50,455 bases of DNA from Candidatus Staskawiczbacteria bacterium RIFCSPHIGHO2_02_FULL_42_22 (GCA_001820175.1 MHOT01000001.1:1-50455); one strand, 5' to 3'; counted from the first letter of the stretch, positions 35,822 through 45,463 are shown. The notes: generated by a model not told the origin, from the sequence alone. Program-made: numbers and translations.

Positions 35822-37243
35822 ATGCAACAAAAATATCTCATTTTTATTGCGATTGCGATTCTGGCCATTTTGGCTGGTAATTTTGCGTATCCTAATTATG
35901 TTGACCGGGGAGTCGACTTTTTAAATGCCAAATTTTCCTGGCACTTGCCGCATATGTGGCAAAAGCCCTATGTGCTTGGTTTGGATTTGCAGGGTGGTGT
36001 TAATTTGGTCTACCAAGCAGATCTTACTGCCGTGGAAGACAAGTCCGGGGCCATGGCCGGGCTTCGCGACGTCATTGAGCGAAGAATTAATTTATTCGGC
36101 GTTTCCGAACCCGTGGTGCAAATTCAGGGTCAGGATAGGTTGCTGGTTGAGTTGCCGGGAGTCAAGGATGTCAAACAAGCTATTGAGATGATCGGCCAAA
36201 CCCCGTATTTGGAATTTGACGAAGCGCGCACCGAAGCCGAGACCCAGAAAATCTTAGACAAAATAAAAGAGGTGCAAGTAGCCCAGGAAAAAAACGAAGA
36301 TATTCAAAAAATAGAGGACTGGGAATTGGCGCTTCAAAATCCCTACATTAAGCCAACGGAATTAAACGGAAAATATTTGTCAAAGGCCACGGTGCTCTTT
36401 GACCAAATTACCTTCAAACCCCAAATTCAGCTTCAGTTCAACAGTGAAGGGGCAAAATTATTTGAAGATATTACGGCTCGAAACATCGGTAAACCCTTGG
36501 CCATTTTACTGGATGGCGCTTCTATTATAGATACCACCGGCGATAACATTATTGATCAAAATGATTTATACGCCCCGATTATTCAAGACAAAATTAGCGG
36601 GGGCACGGCCGTTATTACGGGCGACACCAGTGCTGCGGTTGCCAATAACATTGCCCGGCGCCTAAATTCAGGGGCTCTGCCCGTAAAAATCGGCAGCCCG
36701 ATTTCCCAGGAAACCGTGGGTCCATTGCTGGGGAGCGAGTCATTGCAAAAATCCCTGTGGGCGGGGATATACGGTTTGGTTGCTGTAATGTTGTTTATGA
36801 TTATTTTCTACCGTCTGCCCGGACTCATTGCTTCTGTGGCACTTTTAATTTACGTTGCGGTTACGCTTTCTATATTTAAGTTAATACCAATTACCCTAAC
36901 GCTGGCCGGAATTGGGGGTTTCGTTTTATCTATTGGCATGGCGGTGGATGCCAACATTTTAATTTTTGCCAGAATGAAAGAGGAAATCAAGCGAGGAAAG
37001 GGTTTGTCATTGGCAATTAAAGAAGGATTTTCCCGCGCCTGGCCGTCTATTCGCGACAGCAATATAAACTCGTTGATTGTGTGCGCCATTTTATTTATTT
37101 TTTCCACGTCTTTCATTAAAGGTTTTGCATTAACGCTTTCTTTGGGTATTATTGTATCACTGTTTTCCGCCATTTTTATTACCCGTATTCTATTAATGGT
37201 ATTTGTCGGGCCACGGCTGGAAAAATTCAAGTGGCTTTTATAA
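35822..37243 (+). CDS. secD: Protein translocase subunit SecD
   Basis: LGLDLQGG, RRIN.FGVSEP, SGALP, GMAVDANILIF.R. Confidence 0.96.
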   Translation: MQQKYLIFIAIAILAILAGNFAYPNYVDRGVDFLNAKFSWHLPHMWQKPYVLGLDLQGGVNLVYQADLTAVEDKSGAMAGLRDVIERRINLFGVSEPVVQIQGQDRLLVELPGVKDVKQAIEMIGQTPYLEFDEARTEAETQKILDKIKEVQVAQEKNEDIQKIEDWELALQNPYIKPTELNGKYLSKATVLFDQITFKPQIQLQFNSEGAKLFEDITARNIGKPLAILLDGASIIDTTGDNIIDQNDLYAPIIQDKISGGTAVITGDTSAAVANNIARRLNSGALPVKIGSPISQETVGPLLGSESLQKSLWAGIYGLVAVMLFMIIFYRLPGLIASVALLIYVAVTLSIFKLIPITLTLAGIGGFVLSIGMAVDANILIFARMKEEIKRGKGLSLAIKEGFSRAWPSIRDSNINSLIVCAILFIFSTSFIKGFALTLSLGIIVSLFSAIFITRILLMVFVGPRLEKFKWLL

Positions 37244-37245
37244 CA

Positions 37246-37345
37246 GCGATCCTAATTTACGAATATCATCCGAATGATCCGAATAAAAACTTCTAGGTGA
37301 CGTTATTCGGAACATTCGGATGTAGATTTGGATCATTCGGATCGC
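37246..37345. repeat. Inverted TCCGAAT/ATTCGGA array between secD and secF
   Basis: GCGATCC/GGATCGC ends enclosing repeated units. Confidence 0.8.
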
Positions 37346-37352
37346 ATATCAA

Positions 37353-38258
37353 ATGTTTTCTTTCACTAAATATTCAAAATTCTACTACCTTTTTTCGGGA
37401 GTATTAATTATTGCTTCCATAGTTTCTTTGGCGGTCTTTGGTTTGAAATTCGGCATCGAGTTTACCGGAGGAAGCACGATGGAAGTTAATTTCACAGAGG
37501 AACGTCCCGCAAATTCAACCATATCAGAAGCGTTGGCCGAATTTAACTTGGGAGAAATCGTGGTGCAGCCAACAGGAGACAAAGGAGCAATACTGCAGTT
37601 TAAAGGCGTTGATGAGGCGACTCATCAAAAAGTGCTGGAAAAATTACAGTCGGTATCTGGCTTGGAAGAAAAAAGTTTTCAGTATATTGGTCCATCGGTG
37701 GGTAATGAATTGAAAAATAAAACACAGATTGCCATCGCCTTGGCGCTGGTGGCTATCACGCTATACATTGCTTTTGCCTTCCGTAAAGTTTCCCGGCCCG
37801 TATCTTCTTGGAAATATGGAATGACTTCACTGGTTGCGCTCTTTCACGATATCATAATTCCCCTGGGGGCATTTTCTTTATTGGGGCATTTTTATCATAC
37901 ACAAATTACTATTCCTATTATTGCGGCCCTTTTGACCATTATTGGTTTTTCAGTGCACGACACCATTGTCATTTTTGACAGGATCAGGGAAAATATTTTA
38001 CAGAAAGGCACCGCTTTATTCAGCCAAACCGTTGACATGAGTTTACAGCAAACGATCGGGCGATCTATTAGTACCGTGGTCACGGTTTTAATTGTAATGT
38101 TTGCGTTATTCTTTTTTGGCGGAGAAACATTAAAATACTTTTCGTTATCACTGATCATCGGCGTGGCCTCCGGGGCATATTCTTCTATTTTTATTGCCGC
38201 GCCCCTGCTGGTAACCTGGCATAACTGGAGCGAAAAAAGAGCGCAAAAAAGAGGATAA
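37353..38258 (+). CDS. secF: Protein translocase subunit SecF
   Basis: GIEFTGG, GFSVHDTIVIFDRIRE, GAYSSIFIA. Confidence 0.96.
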   Translation: MFSFTKYSKFYYLFSGVLIIASIVSLAVFGLKFGIEFTGGSTMEVNFTEERPANSTISEALAEFNLGEIVVQPTGDKGAILQFKGVDEATHQKVLEKLQSVSGLEEKSFQYIGPSVGNELKNKTQIAIALALVAITLYIAFAFRKVSRPVSSWKYGMTSLVALFHDIIIPLGAFSLLGHFYHTQITIPIIAALLTIIGFSVHDTIVIFDRIRENILQKGTALFSQTVDMSLQQTIGRSISTVVTVLIVMFALFFFGGETLKYFSLSLIIGVASGAYSSIFIAAPLLVTWHNWSEKRAQKRG

Positions 38259-38281
38259 AAAATAGTAAAAAAATGGGCTTG

Positions 38282-38386
38282 ACCCCGCACCACTTTCACT
38301 AAATAATGATAAGCAGGTTTCATAGCATTGTTAGCTAAAAAGTATTATAAACACATCTTAAATATCTTGTGAAAGTGGTGCGGGGT
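38282..38386. repeat. ACCCCGCACCAC hairpin element at a promoter -35 box
   Basis: Perfect 18-bp inverted repeat ACCCCGCACCACTTTCAC; TTGAC present on both flanks. Confidence 0.85.
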
Positions 38387-38414
38387 TGACATATTTTTTA
38401 TGGTATGTTAAACT
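38386..38414 (+). promoter_or_regulatory. Sigma70 promoter
   Basis: TTGACA-17 bp-TAAACT with an extended TGn. Confidence 0.75.
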
Positions 38415-38437
38415 CAATTTAACGATATATATTACCT

Positions 38438-39463
38438 ATGAATAATCTTAATTACTCGCAACTTTACGCTAAAATCACCAAGGGCTTAACTCCCAAAACA
38501 AAAGATATTTTTGACCGGCGCTTTGGAGTTAAAACCGGCAAGGTGGAAACCCTTGAGTCCATTGGAACAAGCATGGGCATTACCCGCGAACGGGTTCGCC
38601 AAATAGAAGAGGTGGGTTTTACTCATGTCAGAAAAAACCACCAAGATGTGCTTGATAAAGTATTTGCTGAATTTGAACAATACTTTGAACAAAAGGGCGG
38701 TTTTAAAAAAGAAGACGCGGTGCTCACTGAATTAGGGGGCTTAAAAAACAAGGCCGCGGTGTTGTTTTTCCTTACGCTAGGAGAACAGTTCAAAAGGGTT
38801 TGCGAGAAAAAGGATTATGCTTATTTCTGGTCAACCATTGATGAGCCGGAAAAAAAAGTTAAAGAGACGTTAAATTCCCTGGCCCAGGATTTGCAAAAAC
38901 ATGCCAACCCCTTGCCAAAGCAAGAAATGATGGCCAGCTTTGCTTTAAGCCATAATCTAAGCAACGAGGCACTGGAATCGTACCTTGAGGTTTCAAAGAG
39001 AATTCAAACTAATAAAGAAGGGAAATTTGGATTAATTGAGTGGCCCGAAATCCGGCCGCGGAGCGTCAAGGACAAGGCCTTCTTGGTATTTAAAAAACAC
39101 CAAAAACCGTTGCACTTCAGGGAAATTACCACGTTAATAGATTCACTGGAAATCAACCAAGCTACTAAAAAAACGCATCCTCAAACGGTTCACAATGAAT
39201 TAATTAAAGACCCACGGTTTGTGTTGGTGGGCAGGGGAATGTACGCGCTTGGCGAATGGGGGTATGTACCCGGAACCATTAAAGATATTATTTCCAGTGT
39301 GCTTAAAGAAAAACCGACCCTGGCAAAAGAGGATATCGTAAAAGAAGTTCTGTCACAGCGGTTCGTGGAAAAAAATACCGTTTTGATTAAACTGAACGAC
39401 AAGAAATATTTCCAAAAAGATCCCGAGGGAAAATATTTTTCCGTGGAAACCCAGACGGCATAA
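38438..39463 (+). CDS. Sigma70 region-4 HTH fused to a HARE/RNAP-delta-like winged HTH
   Basis: RRFG..TLESIG..GITRERVRQIE; PLHFREI..QTVHNELIKD.RFVLVGRG.YAL. Confidence 0.8.
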   Translation: MNNLNYSQLYAKITKGLTPKTKDIFDRRFGVKTGKVETLESIGTSMGITRERVRQIEEVGFTHVRKNHQDVLDKVFAEFEQYFEQKGGFKKEDAVLTELGGLKNKAAVLFFLTLGEQFKRVCEKKDYAYFWSTIDEPEKKVKETLNSLAQDLQKHANPLPKQEMMASFALSHNLSNEALESYLEVSKRIQTNKEGKFGLIEWPEIRPRSVKDKAFLVFKKHQKPLHFREITTLIDSLEINQATKKTHPQTVHNELIKDPRFVLVGRGMYALGEWGYVPGTIKDIISSVLKEKPTLAKEDIVKEVLSQRFVEKNTVLIKLNDKKYFQKDPEGKYFSVETQTA

Positions 39464-39483
39464 GATATTATAGGATGTTATTT

Positions 39484-39515
39484 AAAAAGGCGCCCCCGCG
39501 GGGGCGCCTTTTTTT
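39484..39515. terminator. Bidirectional terminator (perfect palindrome)
   Basis: AAAAAGGCGCCCCCGCGGGGGCGCCTTTTT. Confidence 0.85.
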
Positions 39516-39584
39516 GCGCAATAGGTTGATGCATTGATTTTGGGTTTTATGGGAGTATAATAAAGGTAATTTAAATTTTAGCCC

Positions 39585-39815
39585 ATGATTATTTACTTTT
39601 TTTGGGGAAGCATCGCTTTACTTATAGCAACCCTCATTTTTTATGCGGTTTTCTTTGCTTTGGCCAACTATTGGAAAGAGACCCCAGTAAATTTGGTGGT
39701 TGTTCCACTGCTGTACACTTTCGATTTTTTCATCATTGGTTTTGTGGTCATTGCATCGCTTTCCATTTTTTTCCAATACTTACCAGATATTATCAAAGTG
39801 GCCGGCTCATCCTAA
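39585..39815 (+). CDS. Small two-TM membrane protein
   Basis: Hydrophobic 76-aa ORF; TTGATT-16 bp-TATAAT upstream. Confidence 0.65.
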   Translation: MIIYFFWGSIALLIATLIFYAVFFALANYWKETPVNLVVVPLLYTFDFFIIGFVVIASLSIFFQYLPDIIKVAGSS

Positions 39816-39968
39816 ATTTGAAATTTGAAATTTGAAATTTGAAATTTGAAATTTGAAATTTGAAATCAATTTGAAATATTTGAATTTAAAATAATTAAAT
39901 CGGTCAATATTTTGCTTTGTCAAAATGTTGACACCTAATTATTGAAAATTGAAAATTGAAAATTGAAA
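39814..39968. repeat. Heptamer tandem arrays
   Basis: AAATTTG x7 (39814-39862) and ATTGAAA x4 (39941-39968). Confidence 0.9.
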
Positions 39969-39998
39969 ATTCAATTTCAAACTTTTTTTGAAATTGTT

Positions 39999-41381
39999 AT
40001 GTCTTCCAAATATTTCTTTTTTTTAACTCCGCTCAACAATATCATATTGGGGGCTTTTTGGTGGGTTTTATTAATGTTATTAGTGCTTTTTGTGCCGTTT
40101 TTACGGGTATGGTGGTGGGTGTTTTTCCCTCTATTTTTATCTATTGAATTACGGACACTCTATTTTTGGTGGCTGAATTGGGATTTTGCTTATGCTTCTC
40201 AAAAATGGGTGGTGCTTGAAATAATTCCTCCCAAGGAAGTGTTGGTGCCATTAAAAGCCATGGAAGATATTTTTACCATTATGTGGCCGGTGCTTTATGC
40301 TCCTCCCAATTGGCGGGAACGATGGTTTGAAGGGGCGTTGGCGGATCCCTTTGGCTGGATGTCTTGGGAAATGGCAAGCATTGAGGGGAAATTGCATTTT
40401 TACGTACGGGTGACGGCTTCACATCGGTCAAGCTTGGAGACCGCTCTGTACGGGCACTACCCGGAGCTGGAAATTACCGAAGTTCCCGATTACACCAAAA
40501 ACGTTCCGCAAAATCTTCCCAATGAGGAATGGAACACCTATGGGGAAGATTTTATTTTAGGCAAACCCGCGCCCTATCCCATTCGGACCTACGAAAAGTT
40601 TTTCGAACCCCAGGGTGAAAAAATTTCGGCCGAAGAAAAAAGAATCGATCCCCTTTCTTCATTGCTTGAACTGATGTCAAAATTAGGGCCGGGTGAGCAA
40701 TTCTGGCTGCAATTTATCACCATGTCATCCGTTGAGCTCGGGTTCATAAAAGAAGCGAAACAATTAATTGAAGAGTTATCCAAGCGTCCGGTAAAAAAAG
40801 TAAATACGTTTTGGGAAGAAATTATGCAAATGGCTTTCCATTTAATCTACGGCCCCAAAAAAGAGGGTTCGGGGGAAAAAGCAACCTGGAAATGGCTTGA
40901 ATCAACCAAAACCGAAGAGGGTGAAAAGGAATTATTGCTTACCCCCGGAGAAAAAGAAATTCTCGTAGAAATTGAAAATAAATTAAAGCGGCCCATATTC
41001 AGAACCGTTATCAGGGGGGTGTATGTTGCCCGCCGAGAGAATTTTAGTTCGTCCAATAGGATCCTTACTCGGGCATATTTTTCTCATTTTCAAACTACGA
41101 ATTTAAATCATATCAGGTTTACAGTCACAACTCGTCCTAAGACCCATTATTTTTTCCGCAAAAGCATTCCCTTTGTGCGGTCAAGGAAAATGTTCAGAAA
41201 CTATATTTTAAGGTTTACCCCGTTATTTCCCGATCTAAAAAAAGAGTGCCCCCTGCTTTCCACTGAAGAATTGGCGACTTTGTTTCACTTCCCATTGAAA
41301 ATTACGGGTCTGGTGGCTCCTACCATGGCGCGGGTTGAGTCAAAGAAGGGAGGCCCACCACCAAATCTTCCTACGGAATAA
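39999..41381 (+). CDS. Membrane-anchored protein associated with the VirD4-like ATPase
   Basis: N-terminal transmembrane segments, LEIIPP, EELATLFHFP, C-terminal PPPNLP. Confidence 0.7.
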   Translation: MSSKYFFFLTPLNNIILGAFWWVLLMLLVLFVPFLRVWWWVFFPLFLSIELRTLYFWWLNWDFAYASQKWVVLEIIPPKEVLVPLKAMEDIFTIMWPVLYAPPNWRERWFEGALADPFGWMSWEMASIEGKLHFYVRVTASHRSSLETALYGHYPELEITEVPDYTKNVPQNLPNEEWNTYGEDFILGKPAPYPIRTYEKFFEPQGEKISAEEKRIDPLSSLLELMSKLGPGEQFWLQFITMSSVELGFIKEAKQLIEELSKRPVKKVNTFWEEIMQMAFHLIYGPKKEGSGEKATWKWLESTKTEEGEKELLLTPGEKEILVEIENKLKRPIFRTVIRGVYVARRENFSSSNRILTRAYFSHFQTTNLNHIRFTVTTRPKTHYFFRKSIPFVRSRKMFRNYILRFTPLFPDLKKECPLLSTEELATLFHFPLKITGLVAPTMARVESKKGGPPPNLPTE

Positions 41382-41445
41382 AATTCTAAAATCTAAACTC
41401 TAAATCCTAAACCGTTTAGAATTTAGAGTTTAGTATTTAGAGTTT
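41381..41445. repeat. Inverted heptamer array
   Basis: CTAAA x4 facing TTTAG x4; centre AAACCGTTT. Confidence 0.8.
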
Positions 41446-41466
41446 CTTTTGTAAAACAAAAGTATT

Positions 41467-43425
41467 ATGGATAACAAAAAAGTAACATTTTTTGGATTAA
41501 CTTCCTTTAGGAATCAACAAAAAAAGTTTGGCATCAAGCAGGATGATCGCCGGCGTCACTTTTATGCCATCGGAAAAACCGGTATGGGCAAGTCCAACCT
41601 CATGGAAAATATGGCCATTCAAGATATCCAAAATGGAAATGGTATTGCCTATGTCGATCCGCACGGGGAAGGCGCCGACAAGCTATTAGATTTTGTACCC
41701 GCTGAGCGCATCAAAGACGTGATTTTTTTAAATCCCGCCGATTTGGATTTTCCCATTGCCTTTAATGTCATGGAAAAGGTGGACTTTAAGTACCGGCACT
41801 TAGTGGCCGGCGGGCTGATGGGGGTGTTTAAAAAGGTCTGGCCGGATGTCTGGTCAGCCCGTATGGAATACATTTTAAACAACGTTATTTTGGCGCTTTT
41901 GGAATACCCCGATTCAACCCTTTTGGGAGTCAACCGCATGTTGGCGGACCCCGAATACCGCGCCAAGGTAGTGGCGGAAGTCAAAGACCCTATTATCCGG
42001 TCTTTCTGGGTGACTGAGTACGCCCGTTACACTCAGCGCTATGAAATAGAAGCCACGGCGGCTATTCAAAACAAAGTGGGGCAGTTTGTGTCCAATGCTT
42101 TGATCCGCAATATTATTGGACAGACAAAGTCCACCATTGATATGCGCCGCATTATGGATGAGCAAAAAATTCTCATTTTGGACTTATCAAAAGGCCGCAT
42201 CGGGGAAGATAATTCACGGCTATTAGGTGCGCTGCTTATTACCAAGATTCAGTTGGCGGCCATGTCGCGGGTGGATACTCCCGAACAAGAACGTAACGAC
42301 TTTTATTTATACGTTGATGAATTCCAGAACTTTGCCACCGAATCATTTGCCAATATTTTGTCCGAGGCCAGAAAATACCGATTGTGTTTGATTGTGGGGC
42401 ACCAGTATATCACCCAAATGGAAGAAGAAGTGCGCGATGCTATATTTGGAAACGTGGGAACGATGGCCGTTTTTCGGGTGGGCGCGGAAGACGCCGAATT
42501 TTTGGAAAAAGAATTTTCACCGGAGTTTATGGCAACGGATTTGGTAAACTTAAGCAAGTATAATATCTATTTAAAGTTAATGATTGATGGTGTGGCCAGT
42601 CACCCATTTTCGGCAAAAACATTGTCGCCGCCAGTGCCTTTAGAACAATCCAATCGAGATAAAATTATTGACGCTTCCCGCGAACGCTATGGAGTGGCGC
42701 GCGAAATTGTAGAAGATAAAATTATGCGCTGGACTGAAGGTGGTGGTGATGGCGCTTCTCAAAAAACTGAAACCAACAAAAGACCCGGCGTTTTTAGTGC
42801 CCCCAAATCAATGAGAAGCGAGGGGCGTCAAGACCATCAAAAAAACCAACAAGGCGACACCGAGCAAAAACTGTATGATGCCGTATGTTCTTTATGCAAC
42901 AAGCCGACAAAAATTATTTTTGAACCGATTGAAGGCCGCCCGGTGTATTGCAAATCATGCCTTAAAAAGATTAAAAAAGCTGCCGAAGAAAAAAATAACA
43001 TTGAGTATCCGCGTGTTTCCATGGGAGATTTCCAGCCAAAAAAAGGAGAACTGTCATCCGCGCCCTCAAGTAAAAGCACTGTAGAAAATATTCCTTTTCG
43101 CTTGTCTTCAAATAAGGGGTCCAGTCGGGCACCTGAAAATTCCCGTTCGCCAACGGCACCGGTCGGCGGCCAGAAGGGAGGGATACAACGTAAAGAAATT
43201 AATTTGTCGGAATTAAAAAAAGCCATTACTGATTCATTAGCCCACCAATCAAAGGATGTAACAGAAGAGGAAGAAGCAGATGATGCACCCGATGCACCAG
43301 CGGCGCTGCCAGAAAAACAATCTTTTGCAGAGGAAAATCCGGCGTCAAAATCGCCAAAATCACCACCGGCGCCAAAAGAAGAAAAAAATAAAATTATTAA
43401 TCCGGGTGGAAAAATTGGAATCTAG
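41467..43425 (+). CDS. VirD4/TraD-like coupling ATPase with a CxxC-x17-CxxC zinc-ribbon tail
   Basis: Walker A GKTGMGKS, DPHGE, Walker B YVDEFQ, SEARKY; CSLC-x17-CKSC. Confidence 0.88.
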   Translation: MDNKKVTFFGLTSFRNQQKKFGIKQDDRRRHFYAIGKTGMGKSNLMENMAIQDIQNGNGIAYVDPHGEGADKLLDFVPAERIKDVIFLNPADLDFPIAFNVMEKVDFKYRHLVAGGLMGVFKKVWPDVWSARMEYILNNVILALLEYPDSTLLGVNRMLADPEYRAKVVAEVKDPIIRSFWVTEYARYTQRYEIEATAAIQNKVGQFVSNALIRNIIGQTKSTIDMRRIMDEQKILILDLSKGRIGEDNSRLLGALLITKIQLAAMSRVDTPEQERNDFYLYVDEFQNFATESFANILSEARKYRLCLIVGHQYITQMEEEVRDAIFGNVGTMAVFRVGAEDAEFLEKEFSPEFMATDLVNLSKYNIYLKLMIDGVASHPFSAKTLSPPVPLEQSNRDKIIDASRERYGVAREIVEDKIMRWTEGGGDGASQKTETNKRPGVFSAPKSMRSEGRQDHQKNQQGDTEQKLYDAVCSLCNKPTKIIFEPIEGRPVYCKSCLKKIKKAAEEKNNIEYPRVSMGDFQPKKGELSSAPSSKSTVENIPFRLSSNKGSSRAPENSRSPTAPVGGQKGGIQRKEINLSELKKAITDSLAHQSKDVTEEEEADDAPDAPAALPEKQSFAEENPASKSPKSPPAPKEEKNKIINPGGKIGI

Positions 43426-43430
43426 TCCTC

Positions 43431-43581
43431 GTGACCCCTTGCATCTCACTTATTCATTCCCGTCATTGCGAGGAGGAGCGACCGCGGTCGGGACGACGCG
43501 GCAATCTCGTTTCATGTAATTAAGAGAGATTGCTTCGTCATCTGCGCCTTCCTCGCAATGACAAGAGGCGTGAGGGGTTAC
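43431..43581. repeat. GT(A/G)ACCCC shell plus REP 43461-43562
   Basis: First 52 bp of the REP differ at 1 nt from the copy at 49790. Confidence 0.88.
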
Positions 43582-43599
43582 TAGTTCTCTTGTAAAACC

Positions 43600-44637
43600 A
43601 TGAAATATCTTACTGATTTTGATGTGGAGAATAAAAGGGTGTTGGTGCGCTGCGATTTTAATGTGCCCCTTGATGATACGGGAAATATTTTAGACGACTT
43701 CAGGATTAAAAAAACGCTACCGACCTTACAATATTTGCTTTCAAAAAAAGCAAGAATAATATTAATGAGCCATTTAGGGGAGGCGGAAGGCAAGGTAGTG
43801 GAGGGCTTAAGGTTGGGGCCAATTAAAAATACACTGGAAGAATTATTGGGCCTTTCCATAAAAAAAACCACTGATTGTATCGGTCGCGAAACCAATGACC
43901 AGGTAATGCAACTTGCGGCAGGGGAAATTATACTGCTGGAAAACCTAAGGTTTCACAAAGAAGAAGCCGAAAATAATGCGGAATTTGCCAAAGAGCTTGC
44001 GGGGCTTGGCCAAGTATATATTAATGATGCTTTTTCGGTCTGCCACCGAAACCATGCTTCGGTGTCGGCCATTTGTCAATTTTTACCTTCCTTTGCCGGC
44101 TTGCTACTGGCAGAAGAAATAAAAAACTTAACAAAAATTTTGGAGAATCCCTCGCGCCCGATGCTGGCAATAATTGGCGGAGCAAAAGTAAAAACGAAAG
44201 TAATGTTTATTGAAACATTTTCAAAAATAGCTGACACGGTTATCATTAATGGACTAATAAAAAAAGAAATACTGCAAGAAAACATACATCTTAAACATCC
44301 CGAAAAAATAATAAGCCAGATTGATCCGTCGCCCTCCCTTGACATCAGCCAAGAGAGCATTAATGTGTTTAAAGAAAAAATCATGGCAGCCAAAACGATC
44401 GTATGGAACGGCCCGTTCGGAAAATTTGAAGAAAAAAAGTATGAAACCGGTACGCTGGAAATTGCCAAGGCCATTATTAAAAGCCAGGCATTTTCGGTGG
44501 TAGGCGGGGGAGAGACCATTGAATTTTTACACAAAGAGGGTATACTCTCACAATTCAGCCACGTCTCCCTGGGCGGCGGGGCAATGCTAAGTTTCCTGGC
44601 CGGAGAACAGTTGCCGGGACTGGTGGCTTTGGGATAA
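43600..44637 (+). CDS. pgk: Phosphoglycerate kinase (short form)
   Basis: RCDFNVP, LENLRF, GGAK, WNGP.G.FE, GGGET, GGGA. Confidence 0.93.
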   Translation: MKYLTDFDVENKRVLVRCDFNVPLDDTGNILDDFRIKKTLPTLQYLLSKKARIILMSHLGEAEGKVVEGLRLGPIKNTLEELLGLSIKKTTDCIGRETNDQVMQLAAGEIILLENLRFHKEEAENNAEFAKELAGLGQVYINDAFSVCHRNHASVSAICQFLPSFAGLLLAEEIKNLTKILENPSRPMLAIIGGAKVKTKVMFIETFSKIADTVIINGLIKKEILQENIHLKHPEKIISQIDPSPSLDISQESINVFKEKIMAAKTIVWNGPFGKFEEKKYETGTLEIAKAIIKSQAFSVVGGGETIEFLHKEGILSQFSHVSLGGGAMLSFLAGEQLPGLVALG

Positions 44638-44641
44638 CATT

Positions 44642-45247
44642 ATGAAAGTTATTATCGCGCGCCATGCAAAAACCAATGAAAACGCCGGGGAAATCATCAT
44701 CGGCCAGGAATCAGAAGTCCTTTTAAATGAAGAGGGGGTTTTGCAAGCAAACAAATTGGCCGATTTTTTAAGAAAAGAAACCATTCGTGTTGCATACGTA
44801 AGCCCGCAGAAACGGGCAGTGCATACGGGAAGGGAAGTGCTTGCTAATCATCCTAAAGTTAAACTCATTCACGCGCCTCATTTAAAAGAACAGAATTTGG
44901 GGATTTATGAAGCGTTGGGAAAAGCTGAATGGAAAGAGATAAAAAAACAAGCCAAGGATCCATTTCATTTATTCAAGCCACCCCAGGGCGAATCGTATTT
45001 AGAATTACAAAAAAGGGCAAGGGTTTTTTTTGATTATTTAATGGAATTCCACGAACATGACACGGTTTTTATGGTCAGCCACGGAGGAACGTTGGGCGTA
45101 TTATATTTGGATTTGTTTGGCAAGGAGCTGACTGAAGAAAATTATAGAGCCCACAAGCCGGAAAATACCGCGGTAACTATTTTGGAGATTTCCAAAAACA
45201 GCCCCATAAAGGTACACAAGCTAAATAGCTTAGAGCATCTTGATTAG
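44642..45247 (+). CDS. Histidine phosphatase / phosphoglycerate mutase family protein
   Basis: ARHAKT (RHG variant), SP.KRA..T, GES, VSHGG. Confidence 0.88.
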   Translation: MKVIIARHAKTNENAGEIIIGQESEVLLNEEGVLQANKLADFLRKETIRVAYVSPQKRAVHTGREVLANHPKVKLIHAPHLKEQNLGIYEALGKAEWKEIKKQAKDPFHLFKPPQGESYLELQKRARVFFDYLMEFHEHDTVFMVSHGGTLGVLYLDLFGKELTEENYRAHKPENTAVTILEISKNSPIKVHKLNSLEHLD

Positions 45248-45261
45248 TTACACTTTGGGCA

Positions 45262-45402
45262 CTTGGTGTTGGTGATATTGTTGAATTTTTAGAAAAAGAA
45301 GGTATGCTTTCACAATTCAGCCGCGTTTCTATTGGCAGAGGAGCGATGTTAAGTTTTTTGGCAGGCGAAGAGTTACCGGTGTTAAAAGCATTAGAAAAAT
45401 AA
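45262..45402 (+). pseudogene. Degenerate duplicate of the pgk 3' end
   Basis: Translates to GVGDIVEFLEKEGMLSQFSRVSIGRGAMLSFLAGEELPVLKALEK*. Confidence 0.85.
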
Positions 45403-45417
45403 TCAATTTTCAAGTTT

Positions 45418-45453
45418 AACTATTCGCTTGTTCGTACGAATAAGCGAATAGTT
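45418..45453. repeat. CGAATA-type palindrome
   Basis: AACTATTCGCTTGTTCG/CGAATAAGCGAATAGTT. Confidence 0.7.
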
Positions 45454-45463
45454 TGTAAAAAAT

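Noticed and set aside
38438-39463. Call as a true sigma factor
   Set aside because: Only region 4 is recognisable; region 2 is absent
41467-43425. Conjugative element or ICE
   Set aside because: No integrase, relaxase or mating-pair genes; embedded among housekeeping genes
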